This document shows positions 39,825 to 49,177 of a stretch of 64,000 nt of DNA, piece after piece. Numbering within the stretch: position 1 is the first letter of the stretch; the number at the start of each line of letters is the position of its first letter. Made by a program: the position numbers and the translations under genes. The notes below the pieces were generated by a model. The model had not been told where the DNA came from and searched no databases. It was given only the letters and a program-made list of their open reading frames with translations. Origin of the DNA: an uncultured Lachnospiraceae bacterium. Its GTDB lineage: Bacteria; Bacillota; Clostridia; Lachnospirales; Lachnospiraceae. The DNA lies in contig CAZICB010000001.1 in the NCBI GenBank assembly GCA_964537765.1, positions 107,078 through 171,077 of the forward strand. Reading direction: 5' to 3'.

Positions 39825-40703
39825 TTGAATATACAATGGTATCCGGGTCATATGACCAAGGCGAAGCGGGCGATGAAGGAGAATATCAAGCTGATTGATT
39901 TGATCATCGAGCTGGTGGATGCCCGGGTTCCGCTTGCCAGCCGCAATCCCGACATCAATGAGCTGGGACGGGGCAAGGCAAGAATTATTTTATTGAACAA
40001 GTCCGATCTGGCAAACGAAGAGCTGAACGAAGCGTGGACCCGGTATTTTAAGGAAAAAGGTTTTTTCGTGCTCAAGGTCAATTCCCGGAGCGGAAATGGT
40101 TTCAAGCAGCTAAACGGCGTGGTTCAGGAAGCCTGCAGGGAAAAAATTGAGCGGGACCGGCGACGGGGGATTTTGAATCGTCCGGTGCGCGCCATGGTGG
40201 TGGGCATTCCCAATGTAGGGAAATCCACCTTCATCAATTCCTTCGCGGGAAAGGCCTGCGCGAAAACCGGAAATAAGCCAGGGGTCACCAAAGGAAACCA
40301 ATGGATCCGGCTTAATAAGACCCTGGAGCTTTTGGATACCCCCGGTATTTTGTGGCCCAAATTTGAGGACCAGCGGGTAGGACTTTTGCTGGCCTTTATT
40401 GGTTCTATCAATGACGAGATCCTGAACCGGGATGAACTGGCGCTGGAACTGTTATCCTTTTTGCGCCGCCATTATCCGGAAGCCCTGGCAGACAGGTATG
40501 GGTTTCAGGCGGCAGCCGGAGAAGTTTTGCCGGAGAGTGTTGATATGCTGGAGCGGATCGCGCGTTTGCGGGGCTGTCTGTTAAAGGGCGGAGAGGCGGA
40601 TCTTTCCAAGGCGGCCGCCCTGGTGATCGATGATTTCCGCAGCGGAAAGCTGGGACGGATTACTCTGGAATTTCCGCCTGAACAGGAAAAACAGCCCTCA
40701 TAG
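39825..40703 (+). CDS. ylqF: ribosome biogenesis GTPase RbgA/YlqF
   Basis: IQWYPGHM, GIPNVGKS and LDTPGILWPK motifs. Confidence 0.96.
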   Translation: MNIQWYPGHMTKAKRAMKENIKLIDLIIELVDARVPLASRNPDINELGRGKARIILLNKSDLANEELNEAWTRYFKEKGFFVLKVNSRSGNGFKQLNGVVQEACREKIERDRRRGILNRPVRAMVVGIPNVGKSTFINSFAGKACAKTGNKPGVTKGNQWIRLNKTLELLDTPGILWPKFEDQRVGLLLAFIGSINDEILNRDELALELLSFLRRHYPEALADRYGFQAAAGEVLPESVDMLERIARLRGCLLKGGEADLSKAAALVIDDFRSGKLGRITLEFPPEQEKQPS

Positions 40704-40721
40704 GGCATGGAAGGATATCAA

Positions 40722-41372
40722 ATGGCAGGAAAAATGACGGAAGAAAAACTTCAGGCAGAGCTTCTCCGCCTGAAGGCAATGCAGGAATACGAAGATACTT
40801 ACGTGGCATGCCAGGCGATTTGCGGGGTTGACGAGGCGGGACGGGGACCTTTGGCCGGTCCGGTGGCGGCGGGAGCGGTGATTTTGCCCAAAGACTGCCA
40901 GATCCTTTATCTGAATGATTCGAAAAAGCTCTCCAAGAAGCGCCGGGAGGAGCTTTTTTTGGAAATCCAGGAAAAGGCGGTTGCCTGGAAGGTGGGCATT
41001 GTAGGACCGGGGGTGATCGACCGGATCAATATTCTTCAGGCCACCTATGAAGCCATGCGCCAGGCAATCGCCGGTCTTTCGGTGAGGCCGGATCTGCTTT
41101 TAGTCGATGCGGTCACCATCCCGGCTGTGGAGCTTCCCCAGGTGCCTATTATCAAAGGGGACGCCAAAAGCGTTTCTATTGCGGCGGCGTCCATCATGGC
41201 AAAGGTCACCAGGGATCATATGATGGCGGAATACGATGCCATTTATCCGGAATATGGTTTCGCCAGGCACAAGGGTTACGGTACCGCCGCCCACATCGCG
41301 GCGATCCGGGAATACGGTCCCTGCCCGATACACCGCAAGACCTTCATCGGAAAGTTTGTGCAGGAAAAGTAG
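40722..41372 (+). CDS. rnhB: ribonuclease HII
   Basis: [25 protein letters not shown] and HKGYGT motifs; start uncertain (40707 or 40722). Confidence 0.95.
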   Translation: MAGKMTEEKLQAELLRLKAMQEYEDTYVACQAICGVDEAGRGPLAGPVAAGAVILPKDCQILYLNDSKKLSKKRREELFLEIQEKAVAWKVGIVGPGVIDRINILQATYEAMRQAIAGLSVRPDLLLVDAVTIPAVELPQVPIIKGDAKSVSIAAASIMAKVTRDHMMAEYDAIYPEYGFARHKGYGTAAHIAAIREYGPCPIHRKTFIGKFVQEK

Positions 41373-41386
41373 AAAGGGGTGTCCGT

Positions 41387-41752
41387 TTGGCAGAGGATAG
41401 GCTGATATGGAATAACCGGAAAATCGGAAACCAATACGAGGCGGTCGCCAGGCAGTATCTGGAAGACCAGGGAGTGAAAATCCTGGAACAGAATTTCCGC
41501 ACAAGGCAGGGCGAGATCGATCTGATTGGCCAGGATGGCGGATACCTGGTGTTTTTTGAGGTGAAATACCGCAGAGACGGCAGGAAAGGGGATCCATCTG
41601 AGGCGGTGGGAAGCCGAAAACAGCACCGGATCCGGGAAGCCGCCCGCTATTATTTATACAGCCGCCGCCTAGGAGAGGCAGTTCCCTGCCGGTTTGATGT
41701 GATCAGCATCCTGGGAAACCGGATCCGGTGGATGAAGCAGGCTTTTGAATAA
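41387..41752 (+). CDS. yraN: YraN (UPF0102) putative endonuclease
   Basis: GEIDLI..FFEVKYR..RFDVI. Confidence 0.9.
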   Translation: MAEDRLIWNNRKIGNQYEAVARQYLEDQGVKILEQNFRTRQGEIDLIGQDGGYLVFFEVKYRRDGRKGDPSEAVGSRKQHRIREAARYYLYSRRLGEAVPCRFDVISILGNRIRWMKQAFE

Positions 41753-41766
41753 GCGGCCGGGAGCAA

Positions 41767-41861
41767 AAACAGAAGCCGGAAACAGAAGTCAGGAAACAGA
41801 AGTCGCAAACACAAGCCGGGAGAGAGAAGCCGGAAACAGAAGCCGGGAGAGAGAAGACAGG
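41767..41861. repeat. purine-rich minisatellite, seven 13/14-bp units
   Basis: aaacagaagccgg, aaacagaagtcagg, aaacagaagtcgc, aaacacaagccggg, agagagaagccgg, aaacagaagccggg, agagagaagacagg. Confidence 0.85.
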
Positions 41862-41873
41862 AGGGAGCATCGC

Positions 41874-42722
41874 TTGGAGTGGATTCGGAAACCGTCGGCA
41901 GAGCCGCTGGAGGAACGAGCGGCGCATGGCGTCACCTATCTGGCCTTTCCTGCGCTGGATGAGACCGGGATCGTGCGCCACAGCTTTTCCACACGGCTTG
42001 GCGGCGTCAGCAGCGGGATTTACAGCACCATGAATTTCACCTTCACCCGGGGAGATGACCCGGAGTGCGTGATGGAAAATTATCGCCGGATGGCAAAGGC
42101 TTTGGGCGTGGATGAAAACCGCATGGTTCTTTCTTATCAGACCCATACTACCAATGTGCGGATCGTCACAGAGGAGGATGCGGGAAAGGGCGTGGTGAAG
42201 GAACGGGATTACCGGGATGTGGACGGGCTGATCACCAATATCCCGGGGATCACTCTGGTAACCTTTTACGCGGACTGTGTGCCCTTATATCTGGTAGACC
42301 CGGTACATAAAGCTATCGGTCTTTCCCACTCTGGATGGAGAGGAACGGTTCACCGCATGGGGCGCGTGACATTGGAGGAGATGAACCGCGCCTACGGCAC
42401 GAAGCCGGAGGATGTCATTTGCTGCATCGGTCCCAGCATCTGCCAGGATTGCTTTGAGGTGGGGCCGGAGGTTGTGGAGGAATTTGCCCGGGAGTTTGAA
42501 AGCGGCTGTCATCAGCAGTTGTTCTACCGGAAAGAGAACGGAAAATACCAGCTGGATCTGTGGCGCGCCAACCAAATAATCTTTGCGGAGGCCGGCGTGA
42601 GAGAGGAAAACATCCACACCACCGATATTTGCACCCATTGCAATCCGGAACTTTTGTTTTCTCACCGTACCGCGGGCAATGCCCGGGGGAATCTGGCGGC
42701 GTTTTTGTGCATAAACGAATAA
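41874..42722 (+). CDS. pgeF: PgeF/YfiH family (peptidoglycan editing factor / purine nucleoside phosphorylase)
   Basis: FSTRLGGVS, QTH, DGLIT, ADCVP, HSGWRG, IGPSI and FSHR motifs; probable TTG start 41874 behind AGGAGG. Confidence 0.9.
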   Translation: MEWIRKPSAEPLEERAAHGVTYLAFPALDETGIVRHSFSTRLGGVSSGIYSTMNFTFTRGDDPECVMENYRRMAKALGVDENRMVLSYQTHTTNVRIVTEEDAGKGVVKERDYRDVDGLITNIPGITLVTFYADCVPLYLVDPVHKAIGLSHSGWRGTVHRMGRVTLEEMNRAYGTKPEDVICCIGPSICQDCFEVGPEVVEEFAREFESGCHQQLFYRKENGKYQLDLWRANQIIFAEAGVREENIHTTDICTHCNPELLFSHRTAGNARGNLAAFLCINE

Positions 42723-42748
42723 AAAGCCTGGAATAAAAAGCCTGAAAA

Positions 42749-42793
42749 AGGGGCGCGTCGCGGTCAATTAAGACCGATGACCCGCCCTGTTTT
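42749..42793. terminator. bidirectional terminator between pgeF and prs
   Basis: gggcg..gtc..cggtc/gaccg..gac..cgccc stem flanked by an A run and a T run. Confidence 0.55.
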
Positions 42794-42802
42794 GCAGATG
42801 CT

Positions 42803-44011
42803 TCATCTAATTATCTGAAAATACTCGTATCCGTCAGCCTGATATTTCTGCACCAGATTCTGGATCTTTTCCGTGGGAGACAGGGAGGCGCCGATGGATA
42901 CGTCGTGGTTTAAGGAATTGATGATGCCCGCCATGTATTTGCTCATATCGGCCTCCAGATACCATTCCCGCTCAAACAATTCCTTCGGGCGGTAGTTTAA
43001 ATTGGTGGTGATCACGTAATCGATATAGCCCTTATGGTAGAACTCATCGAATTTTTCCAGTCCGTTGGTGAACAGGCCGAAGGTGCAGCAGATGATGACC
43101 TTGCCGGCCTTGCGTTCCTTTAATTCTCTGGCGGTGTCCAGCATACTTTCCCCGGAGGCGATCATATCGTCGATGATCAGTACGGTCTTTCCTTCTACGG
43201 AGGAGCCGAGGAATTCATGGGCAACGATGGGATTGCGGCCATTGACCACCTTCGAGTAGTCGCGGCGCTTGTAAAACATTCCCATGTCTACGCTTAAGTT
43301 GTTGGCCAGGTAGACGGCGCGGTTCATAGCGCCCTCATCCGGGCTGATAATCATCAGATGATCCTTATCAATGATCAGATTCCGGTCATGAGCAAACAAT
43401 GCTTTTACAAATTGATAAGTGGGCATGAAGTTGTCGAAGCCATGGAGCGGGATCGCGTTCTGTACCCGGGGATCATGGGCATCGAAGGTGATGATATTGG
43501 AAACACCCATGGAAACCAGCTCCTGAAGTGCCATGGCGCAGTCCAGGGATTCCCGCTTGGTGCGTTTATGCTGGCGTCCCTCATATAAGAACGGCATAAT
43601 CACATTGACCCGATGAGCAGTGGCGGCGGCTGCGCCGATCACCCGCTTTAAATCCTGGTAATGGTCGTCGGGAGACATGTGGTTGGTGTAACCGCACATG
43701 CTGTAGGAAAGGCTGTAGTTGGTAATGTCCACCATCGCGTACAGATCTACGCCGCGGACGGACTCATTAATCACCGCCTTCGCTTCCCCGGAGCCAAACC
43801 GCGGGCAGGAGCACTTTAACAGGTAGGAATCCACATCGTAGCCGCGGTAATTCAAATCCTTTTTGCGGCTGATCAGTTCCTCCTTGTCATTGCGGCGGAA
43901 GGTCACGATATGGTCGTTGACCTGGGTCGCCAGCTCCGAAATGCTGGGAAGAGCGGCAATTTTCAATGGTGCAACCGGTAACACGTCATTGAATACATAG
44001 TTATTTGCCAT
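42803..44011 (-). CDS. prs: ribose-phosphate pyrophosphokinase (long clostridial type)
   Basis: RFGSGE..ESVRG, PFLYEGRQH, FDAH, SPDEGA and IIDDMIASGES motifs; start 44011 behind GGAGG. Confidence 0.92.
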   Translation of the reverse strand: MANNYVFNDVLPVAPLKIAALPSISELATQVNDHIVTFRRNDKEELISRKKDLNYRGYDVDSYLLKCSCPRFGSGEAKAVINESVRGVDLYAMVDITNYSLSYSMCGYTNHMSPDDHYQDLKRVIGAAAATAHRVNVIMPFLYEGRQHKRTKRESLDCAMALQELVSMGVSNIITFDAHDPRVQNAIPLHGFDNFMPTYQFVKALFAHDRNLIIDKDHLMIISPDEGAMNRAVYLANNLSVDMGMFYKRRDYSKVVNGRNPIVAHEFLGSSVEGKTVLIIDDMIASGESMLDTARELKERKAGKVIICCTFGLFTNGLEKFDEFYHKGYIDYVITTNLNYRPKELFEREWYLEADMSKYMAGIINSLNHDVSIGASLSPTEKIQNLVQKYQADGYEYFQIIR

Positions 44012-44183
44012 GATTCTATCATCCTCCATAAGTATGAGTTGAAATCCATCTCCACCTTACGTTATATCATCGGAAAAAGAGGATCGTCAATAGCAAATGT
44101 CGTATTTCAGCGAAAAAAACAAAAGTGGATTTCTTTACAAAGAACGGGAATATTGATATGATAACAGCATGAGAGGAAGAAGC

Positions 44184-45545
44184 ATGAAAAACAAAGGACA
44201 TTTGATCAAATCGGTGGACCCGGGTTCCATTGCGGAGGAATTGGAGCTGGAAGCGGGAGACCGTTTGCTTTCGATTAATGGCAATGAGGTCGAGGACATT
44301 TTCGACTATGAATATTATGTGGACAGCGAGAGCATGGTGATGCTGGTGGAAAAGGCAGACGGTGAGCTGTGGGAGCTGGAGATCGAAAATGACTATGAAG
44401 ATCTTGGCATTACCTTTGAAAACGGGCTGATGAGCGATTACAAATCCTGCAGCAACAAATGTATTTTCTGTTTTATCGACCAGATGCCGCCGGGGATGCG
44501 GGAAACCCTGTATTTCAAGGATGATGATTCCCGCCTTTCCTTTTTGCAGGGAAATTATGTCACCCTGACCAATATGAAGGATCACGATATCCAGCGGATT
44601 ATCGACTTTAAGCTCGCGCCCATCAATATTTCCGTCCATACCACAAATCCCCGGCTGCGGTGCATGATGCTGCGCAACCGTTTCGCCGGAGAAGCATTGA
44701 AAAAAATCGATACCCTTTATGAGGCGGGGATTCCCATGAACGGGCAGATTGTGCTGTGCCGGGGGGTGAATGACGGCATTGAGCTGGACCGGACGATCCG
44801 GGACCTGAGCAAATACCTGCCTTACATGGAAAGCGTGTCGGTGGTTCCGGTGGGGCTTTCCAAATACCGGGAGGGCTTGTATCCCTTAAAGCCCTTTGAC
44901 CGGGAATCGGCGTCGGAGGCCGTGGATACGATTGAACGGTGGCAGCGGATACTCTATCAGGAGCACGGCACTCATTTTATCCATGCCAGCGATGAGCTTT
45001 ATATTTTGGCCGGCCGGGAGATGCCGGAGGAGGAGCGATACGACGGCTATATCCAGCTGGAAAACGGCGTGGGCATGCTGCGGCTTTTAGACACGGAGGT
45101 GGCGGAGGCGCTGACCCGGGTGAGGGAGGAAAAGCCGGAGGAGGAAACCCTCTCCATCGCTACGGGAATGCTGGCGTACCCTTATGTGAAAAAACAGCTG
45201 GAGCGAATCGAGAAGCAGTTCCCCCAGAAGCATGTAAGACTATATCCGATCCGCAATGAGTTTTTCGGCGAGATGATCACTGTGTCGGGGCTTCTGACCG
45301 GGCAGGATCTGATCAAGCAGCTAAAGGGGCAGGAGTTGGGCAGCCGCCTGCTGCTTCCGGTGTCCATGTTTCGCAGCGGCGAGGAAGTGTTCCTGGATGA
45401 TTTGACCCGCCAGGATCTGCAAACTGCTTTACAAGTCCCGGTGAATATTGTAAAATCAAGCGGTCAGGACCTGGTGGACGCGGTATTATACCCGGCCCGG
45501 GAGGATGATACGACCTACGAGGGATATGAGTTAAAGGAGATATAA
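44184..45545 (+). CDS. DUF512 / TIGR03279-type radical SAM protein with N-terminal PDZ-like segment
   Basis: CSNKCIFCFIDQ, KDDDSRLSFLQGNYVTLTN, QLENGVG and FLDD motifs. Confidence 0.88.
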   Translation: MKNKGHLIKSVDPGSIAEELELEAGDRLLSINGNEVEDIFDYEYYVDSESMVMLVEKADGELWELEIENDYEDLGITFENGLMSDYKSCSNKCIFCFIDQMPPGMRETLYFKDDDSRLSFLQGNYVTLTNMKDHDIQRIIDFKLAPINISVHTTNPRLRCMMLRNRFAGEALKKIDTLYEAGIPMNGQIVLCRGVNDGIELDRTIRDLSKYLPYMESVSVVPVGLSKYREGLYPLKPFDRESASEAVDTIERWQRILYQEHGTHFIHASDELYILAGREMPEEERYDGYIQLENGVGMLRLLDTEVAEALTRVREEKPEEETLSIATGMLAYPYVKKQLERIEKQFPQKHVRLYPIRNEFFGEMITVSGLLTGQDLIKQLKGQELGSRLLLPVSMFRSGEEVFLDDLTRQDLQTALQVPVNIVKSSGQDLVDAVLYPAREDDTTYEGYELKEI

Positions 45546-45548
45546 AAG

Positions 45549-46877
45549 ATGAGTAAACCAATTGTAGCCATTGTGGGGCGCCCGAATGTGGGAAAGTCTA
45601 CCTTGTTTAACGCGCTGGCAGGGCAGACCATTTCCATTGTGAAGGATACGCCCGGCGTGACCAGAGACCGGATTTACGCGGACTGTACCTGGCTGGATAT
45701 GAATTTTACGCTGATCGATACCGGAGGCATCGAGCCGGACAGCCGGGATATTATGTTGTCTCAGATGCGGGAGCAGGCTCAGATCGCCATCGACACCGCC
45801 GATGTGATTATCTTTATCGTGGATGTACGCCAGGGCCTGGTTGATGCGGACAGCAAAGTGGCGGATCTGCTGCGCAAGTCCGGAAAGCCGGTGGTGCTGG
45901 CGGTGAACAAGGTGGACAGCATCCAGAAATTCGGCAATGATATTTATGAATTTTACAATCTGGGCATTGGCGATCCGATCCCTGTGTCCGCGGCTTCCAT
46001 GCTGGGCATCGGCGATTTGCTGGATGAGGTGGCAAAGCATTTTCGCGCGGAGCAGTTGGAGGATGAGGAAGATGATCGGCCGCGGGTGGCGATCGTGGGA
46101 AAGCCCAATGTGGGAAAATCTTCCATTATCAATAAGCTGATCGGCGCCAACCGGGTGATTGTGTCGGATATCGCGGGTACGACCCGGGACGCGGTGGACA
46201 CGGAGGTGGTGCATAATGGCACCGAATATGTTTTTATCGATACCGCGGGGCTGCGCCGCAAAAGCAAAATTAAGGAAGATTTGGAGCGCTACAGCATTAT
46301 CCGCACGGTTTCCGCGGTGGAGCGGGCGGATGTGGTGCTGATGGTGATCGACGCCAAGGAGGGCGTCACCGAGCAGGACGCCAAGATCGCGGGCATTGCC
46401 CATGACCGGGGCAAGGGCATTATCATTGCCGTCAACAAATGGGACGCCATCGAGAAAAATGACAAGACCATTTACGAGTTCACGAGAAAAATTCAGGACA
46501 CCCTGTCCTTCATGCCTTATGCGGAGATCGTATTTATTTCCGCAGTGACCGGCCAGCGTTTGAATAAGCTATTTGACCTGATCGATATGGTGCGGGAAAA
46601 TCAGAACCTGCGCATTGCCACCGGTGTGCTCAATGAGATCATGACAGAAGCTGTGGCCCTGCAGCAGCCGCCGTCGGACAAGGGCAAGCGGCTGAAGCTG
46701 TTTTATATGACCCAGGTGGCTGTCAAGCCGCCCACCTTCGTGATTTTTGTTAATGACAAGGAACTGATGCATTTCTCCTATGTTCGTTATCTTGAAAACC
46801 GCATCCGGGAATCCTTTGGTTTCCGGGGAACCGCACTGAAATTTCTTATTCGGGAACGTTCCGGAAAGGAGCAGTAA
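45549..46877 (+). CDS. der: ribosome biogenesis GTPase Der (EngA)
   Basis: Two G domains ([16 protein letters not shown]) and KH-like C-terminus. Confidence 0.97.
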   Translation: MSKPIVAIVGRPNVGKSTLFNALAGQTISIVKDTPGVTRDRIYADCTWLDMNFTLIDTGGIEPDSRDIMLSQMREQAQIAIDTADVIIFIVDVRQGLVDADSKVADLLRKSGKPVVLAVNKVDSIQKFGNDIYEFYNLGIGDPIPVSAASMLGIGDLLDEVAKHFRAEQLEDEEDDRPRVAIVGKPNVGKSSIINKLIGANRVIVSDIAGTTRDAVDTEVVHNGTEYVFIDTAGLRRKSKIKEDLERYSIIRTVSAVERADVVLMVIDAKEGVTEQDAKIAGIAHDRGKGIIIAVNKWDAIEKNDKTIYEFTRKIQDTLSFMPYAEIVFISAVTGQRLNKLFDLIDMVRENQNLRIATGVLNEIMTEAVALQQPPSDKGKRLKLFYMTQVAVKPPTFVIFVNDKELMHFSYVRYLENRIRESFGFRGTALKFLIRERSGKEQ

Positions 46878-47515
46878 TGGAAAGAATCCTCTGTCTGGCC
46901 ATAGGCTATTGTTTTGGACTGTTTCAAACCGGCTATCTCTACAGCCGCGCTCATCATATGGACATCCGCAATTACGGGAGCGGCAATCCGGGCAGCACCA
47001 ATGTACTGCGTGTGATGGGTGTGAAAGCGGGGCTGATCGTATTTTTAGGCGATGCTTTCAAGATGATTTTTGCCTGTCTTTTGACCCGGGTGCTGTTTCG
47101 TTCCCAGCCGGAGATGATGTATCTGTATCTGTTGTACACGGCCTTTGGCGTGATTCTGGGGCATAATTATCCATTTTATATGGAGTTTAAGGGCGGAAAG
47201 GGCATCGCGGCATCGGCTGGTCTTCTGGCGTCCTCCGACTGGCGGGTGATGTTAGTCTGTCTGGTGGTATTTGTGACGGTGGTGGCGGTTACCCGCTATG
47301 TGTCACTCGGCTCGATCCTGGTGATGATTCTTTTCATGATCGGTATGGTGTTTTTCGGGCATAGGGGAGACTATGGGATCGCGGCCGCCAGGCTGCCGGA
47401 GTTTTACTGTCTCGCGGTTTTGATCGGCGGCATGGGCATCTGGCGCCACCACAGCAATATCAAGCGCCTGCTGTCCGGAACGGAAAACAAAATCGGAGCA
47501 AAGAAAAAAGAATAA
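46877..47515 (+). CDS. plsY: glycerol-3-phosphate acyltransferase PlsY
   Basis: GSGNPGSTNVLR, GHNYP, FKGGKGIA and HHSNIKRLL motifs. Confidence 0.95.
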   Translation: MERILCLAIGYCFGLFQTGYLYSRAHHMDIRNYGSGNPGSTNVLRVMGVKAGLIVFLGDAFKMIFACLLTRVLFRSQPEMMYLYLLYTAFGVILGHNYPFYMEFKGGKGIAASAGLLASSDWRVMLVCLVVFVTVVAVTRYVSLGSILVMILFMIGMVFFGHRGDYGIAAARLPEFYCLAVLIGGMGIWRHHSNIKRLLSGTENKIGAKKKE

Positions 47516-47516
47516 T

Positions 47517-47549
47517 CGCAGCGGTTTTGCCGCAAGGCTGAACTGTTAC
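47517..47549. repeat. orphan right half of a CTGAACTGTTAC-terminated palindromic element
   Basis: cgcagcggttttgccgcaaggctgaactgttac; last 12 bp identical to 34900-34911; no left arm nearby. Confidence 0.6.
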
Positions 47550-47625
47550 GGGAAGTCACGTGGGGAAGTCGCGCTGCCGCGGGGAAGTCGCGCTGCCGCG
47601 GGGAAGTCTCACTGCCGTGAGGAAG
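47550..47625. repeat. 19-bp G-rich tandem repeat (3 full units plus partials)
   Basis: ggggaagtcgcgctgccgc x2 (47562-47599), ggggaagtctcactgccgt (47600-47618), partial units on both sides. Confidence 0.85.
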
Positions 47626-47637
47626 CAAATAAAGTGC

Positions 47638-47666
47638 TTGACAAGCTTTTTTGATGCAACTATAAT
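47638..47666 (+). promoter_or_regulatory. consensus sigma-A promoter of livK
   Basis: TTGACA, 17 bp, TATAAT. Confidence 0.8.
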
Positions 47667-47710
47667 TAGTTCAGCTTTTAGCGAGACTTTTGAAAGAGGA
47701 GGAAAAAGTT

Positions 47711-48931
47711 ATGAGAAAAGTTATGAGTTTAGCCCTTGCAGTAGCGATGGCAGCTTCTTTGACCGCATGCGGCGGAAGCAAGACGGCAGAGACCACCGCA
47801 GCTGCTACCCAGGCAGCTAAGGAGGAAGCGGCAGCTACAGAAGCAGCTCCGGCTGAAGCAGCTCCGGCTGAGGGCGGCGTATTAAAGATTGGCGTTATGG
47901 GACCGCTGACCGGCCCGGCAGCCGCTTACGGTACTGCAGTGGCAAACGGTGCGGACCTTGCTGTAAAGGAGATCAATGAGGCAGGCGGTATCAATGGCAT
48001 GCAGGTAGAGCTGAATCCGCAGGATGATGAGCATGATCCGGAGAAGGCGGTCAATGCTTACAATACCTTGAAGGACTGGGGCATGCAGGTACTGGTAGGA
48101 CCGACCACCTCTAAGCCGTGTATCGCGGTGGCAGCGGAGTCTGAGGCAGATAACCTGTTCCAGATCACTCCTTCCGGTTCCGCAGTAGAGTGCGCAGCAC
48201 CGGATAATGTATTCCGTGTATGCTTCTCAGACCCGTCACAGGGCACTGCATCCGCACAGTACATTGGCGAGCATCAGCTTGCTACCAAGATCGGTATCAT
48301 CTATGACAGCTCCACTGAGTACTCCGCAGGCATCCGTGAGTCCTTCGTTTCTGAGGCAGCAAACCAGGGCCTGGAGATCGTGGCAGACGAGGCGTTCACC
48401 GCGGATAACGCTACGGATTTTTCCGTACAGCTCGATAAGGTAAAAGAGGCCGGCGCGGAGCTTCTGTTCCTGCCGATCTATTATCAGGAGGCTTCTGTTA
48501 TCCTGAAACAGGCTTCTGACAAGGAATTCGCTCCGATCTTCTTCGGTGTGGACGGTATGGACGGCATCCTGTCTGTAGAGAACTTTGATACTTCCCTGGC
48601 TGAGGGCGTTATGCTTCTGACTCCGTTCTCCGCGACTGAGGAGAGCAGCAAGCCATTCACAGAGGCTTATGTCGCGGCTTACGGCATTGACCCGAACCAG
48701 TTCGCGGCTGACTCCTATGATGCTGTATATGCGATTAAAGAAGCGGCGGAGAAGGCAGGCATCACTGCTGATATGGACACCTCCGCAATCTGCGACGCAC
48801 TGAAGGTTGCTATGACCGAGATCACCATCGACGGACTGACTGGTGAGGCTATGACCTGGGATGCAGCAGGTGAGACCGGAAAGGCTCCGAAGGCTGTTAA
48901 GATCGTAGACGGCGTATACGAGATGCAGTAA
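47711..48931 (+). CDS. livK: branched-chain amino acid ABC substrate-binding lipoprotein
   Basis: Lipobox LTAC; KIGVMGPLTGPAAAYG and EINEAGGING motifs. Confidence 0.9.
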   Translation: MRKVMSLALAVAMAASLTACGGSKTAETTAAATQAAKEEAAATEAAPAEAAPAEGGVLKIGVMGPLTGPAAAYGTAVANGADLAVKEINEAGGINGMQVELNPQDDEHDPEKAVNAYNTLKDWGMQVLVGPTTSKPCIAVAAESEADNLFQITPSGSAVECAAPDNVFRVCFSDPSQGTASAQYIGEHQLATKIGIIYDSSTEYSAGIRESFVSEAANQGLEIVADEAFTADNATDFSVQLDKVKEAGAELLFLPIYYQEASVILKQASDKEFAPIFFGVDGMDGILSVENFDTSLAEGVMLLTPFSATEESSKPFTEAYVAAYGIDPNQFAADSYDAVYAIKEAAEKAGITADMDTSAICDALKVAMTEITIDGLTGEAMTWDAAGETGKAPKAVKIVDGVYEMQ

Positions 48932-48959
48932 TCAAATAAAATCCTTAAAAAGAATCCAA

Positions 48960-48993
48960 ATAGGGATCGCCCCATGGGCGGTCCCTGTTTTTT
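48960..48993 (+). terminator. intrinsic terminator after livK
   Basis: atagggatcgccc/gggcggtccctgt stem plus T tract. Confidence 0.75.
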
Positions 48994-48994
48994 C

Positions 48995-49050
48995 TTCAAA
49001 ACGCGATGAGATGAGCCGTTCAGAACGCGATGAGACGAGCCGGTGTCGCG
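48995..49050. repeat. 24-bp tandem duplication derived from inverted repeat family B
   Basis: ttcaaaacgcgatgagatgagccg / ttcagaacgcgatgagacgagccg (22/24); resembles the reverse complement of 32212-32259. Confidence 0.7.
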
Positions 49051-49094
49051 CTTCACCATATCCGTGCTGCTGCCGGAAAGTGTCATATTTTGGC

Positions 49095-49123
49095 TTGCAC
49101 ATCGTTTTCTGCTGTGTTATAAT
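49095..49123 (+). promoter_or_regulatory. sigma-A promoter of livHMGF
   Basis: TTGCAC, 17 bp, TGtTATAAT. Confidence 0.65.
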
Positions 49124-49177
49124 TTGTCTAAATTATGTGTATTTTCTCTAAATAATGATAAAGAGGAGTAGGATTTC

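Noticed and set aside
47550-49050. Tandem repeats (47550-47625, 48995-49042, also 41767-41861) as CRISPR arrays
   Set aside because: Units are head to tail with no unique spacers, and there are no cas genes in the window
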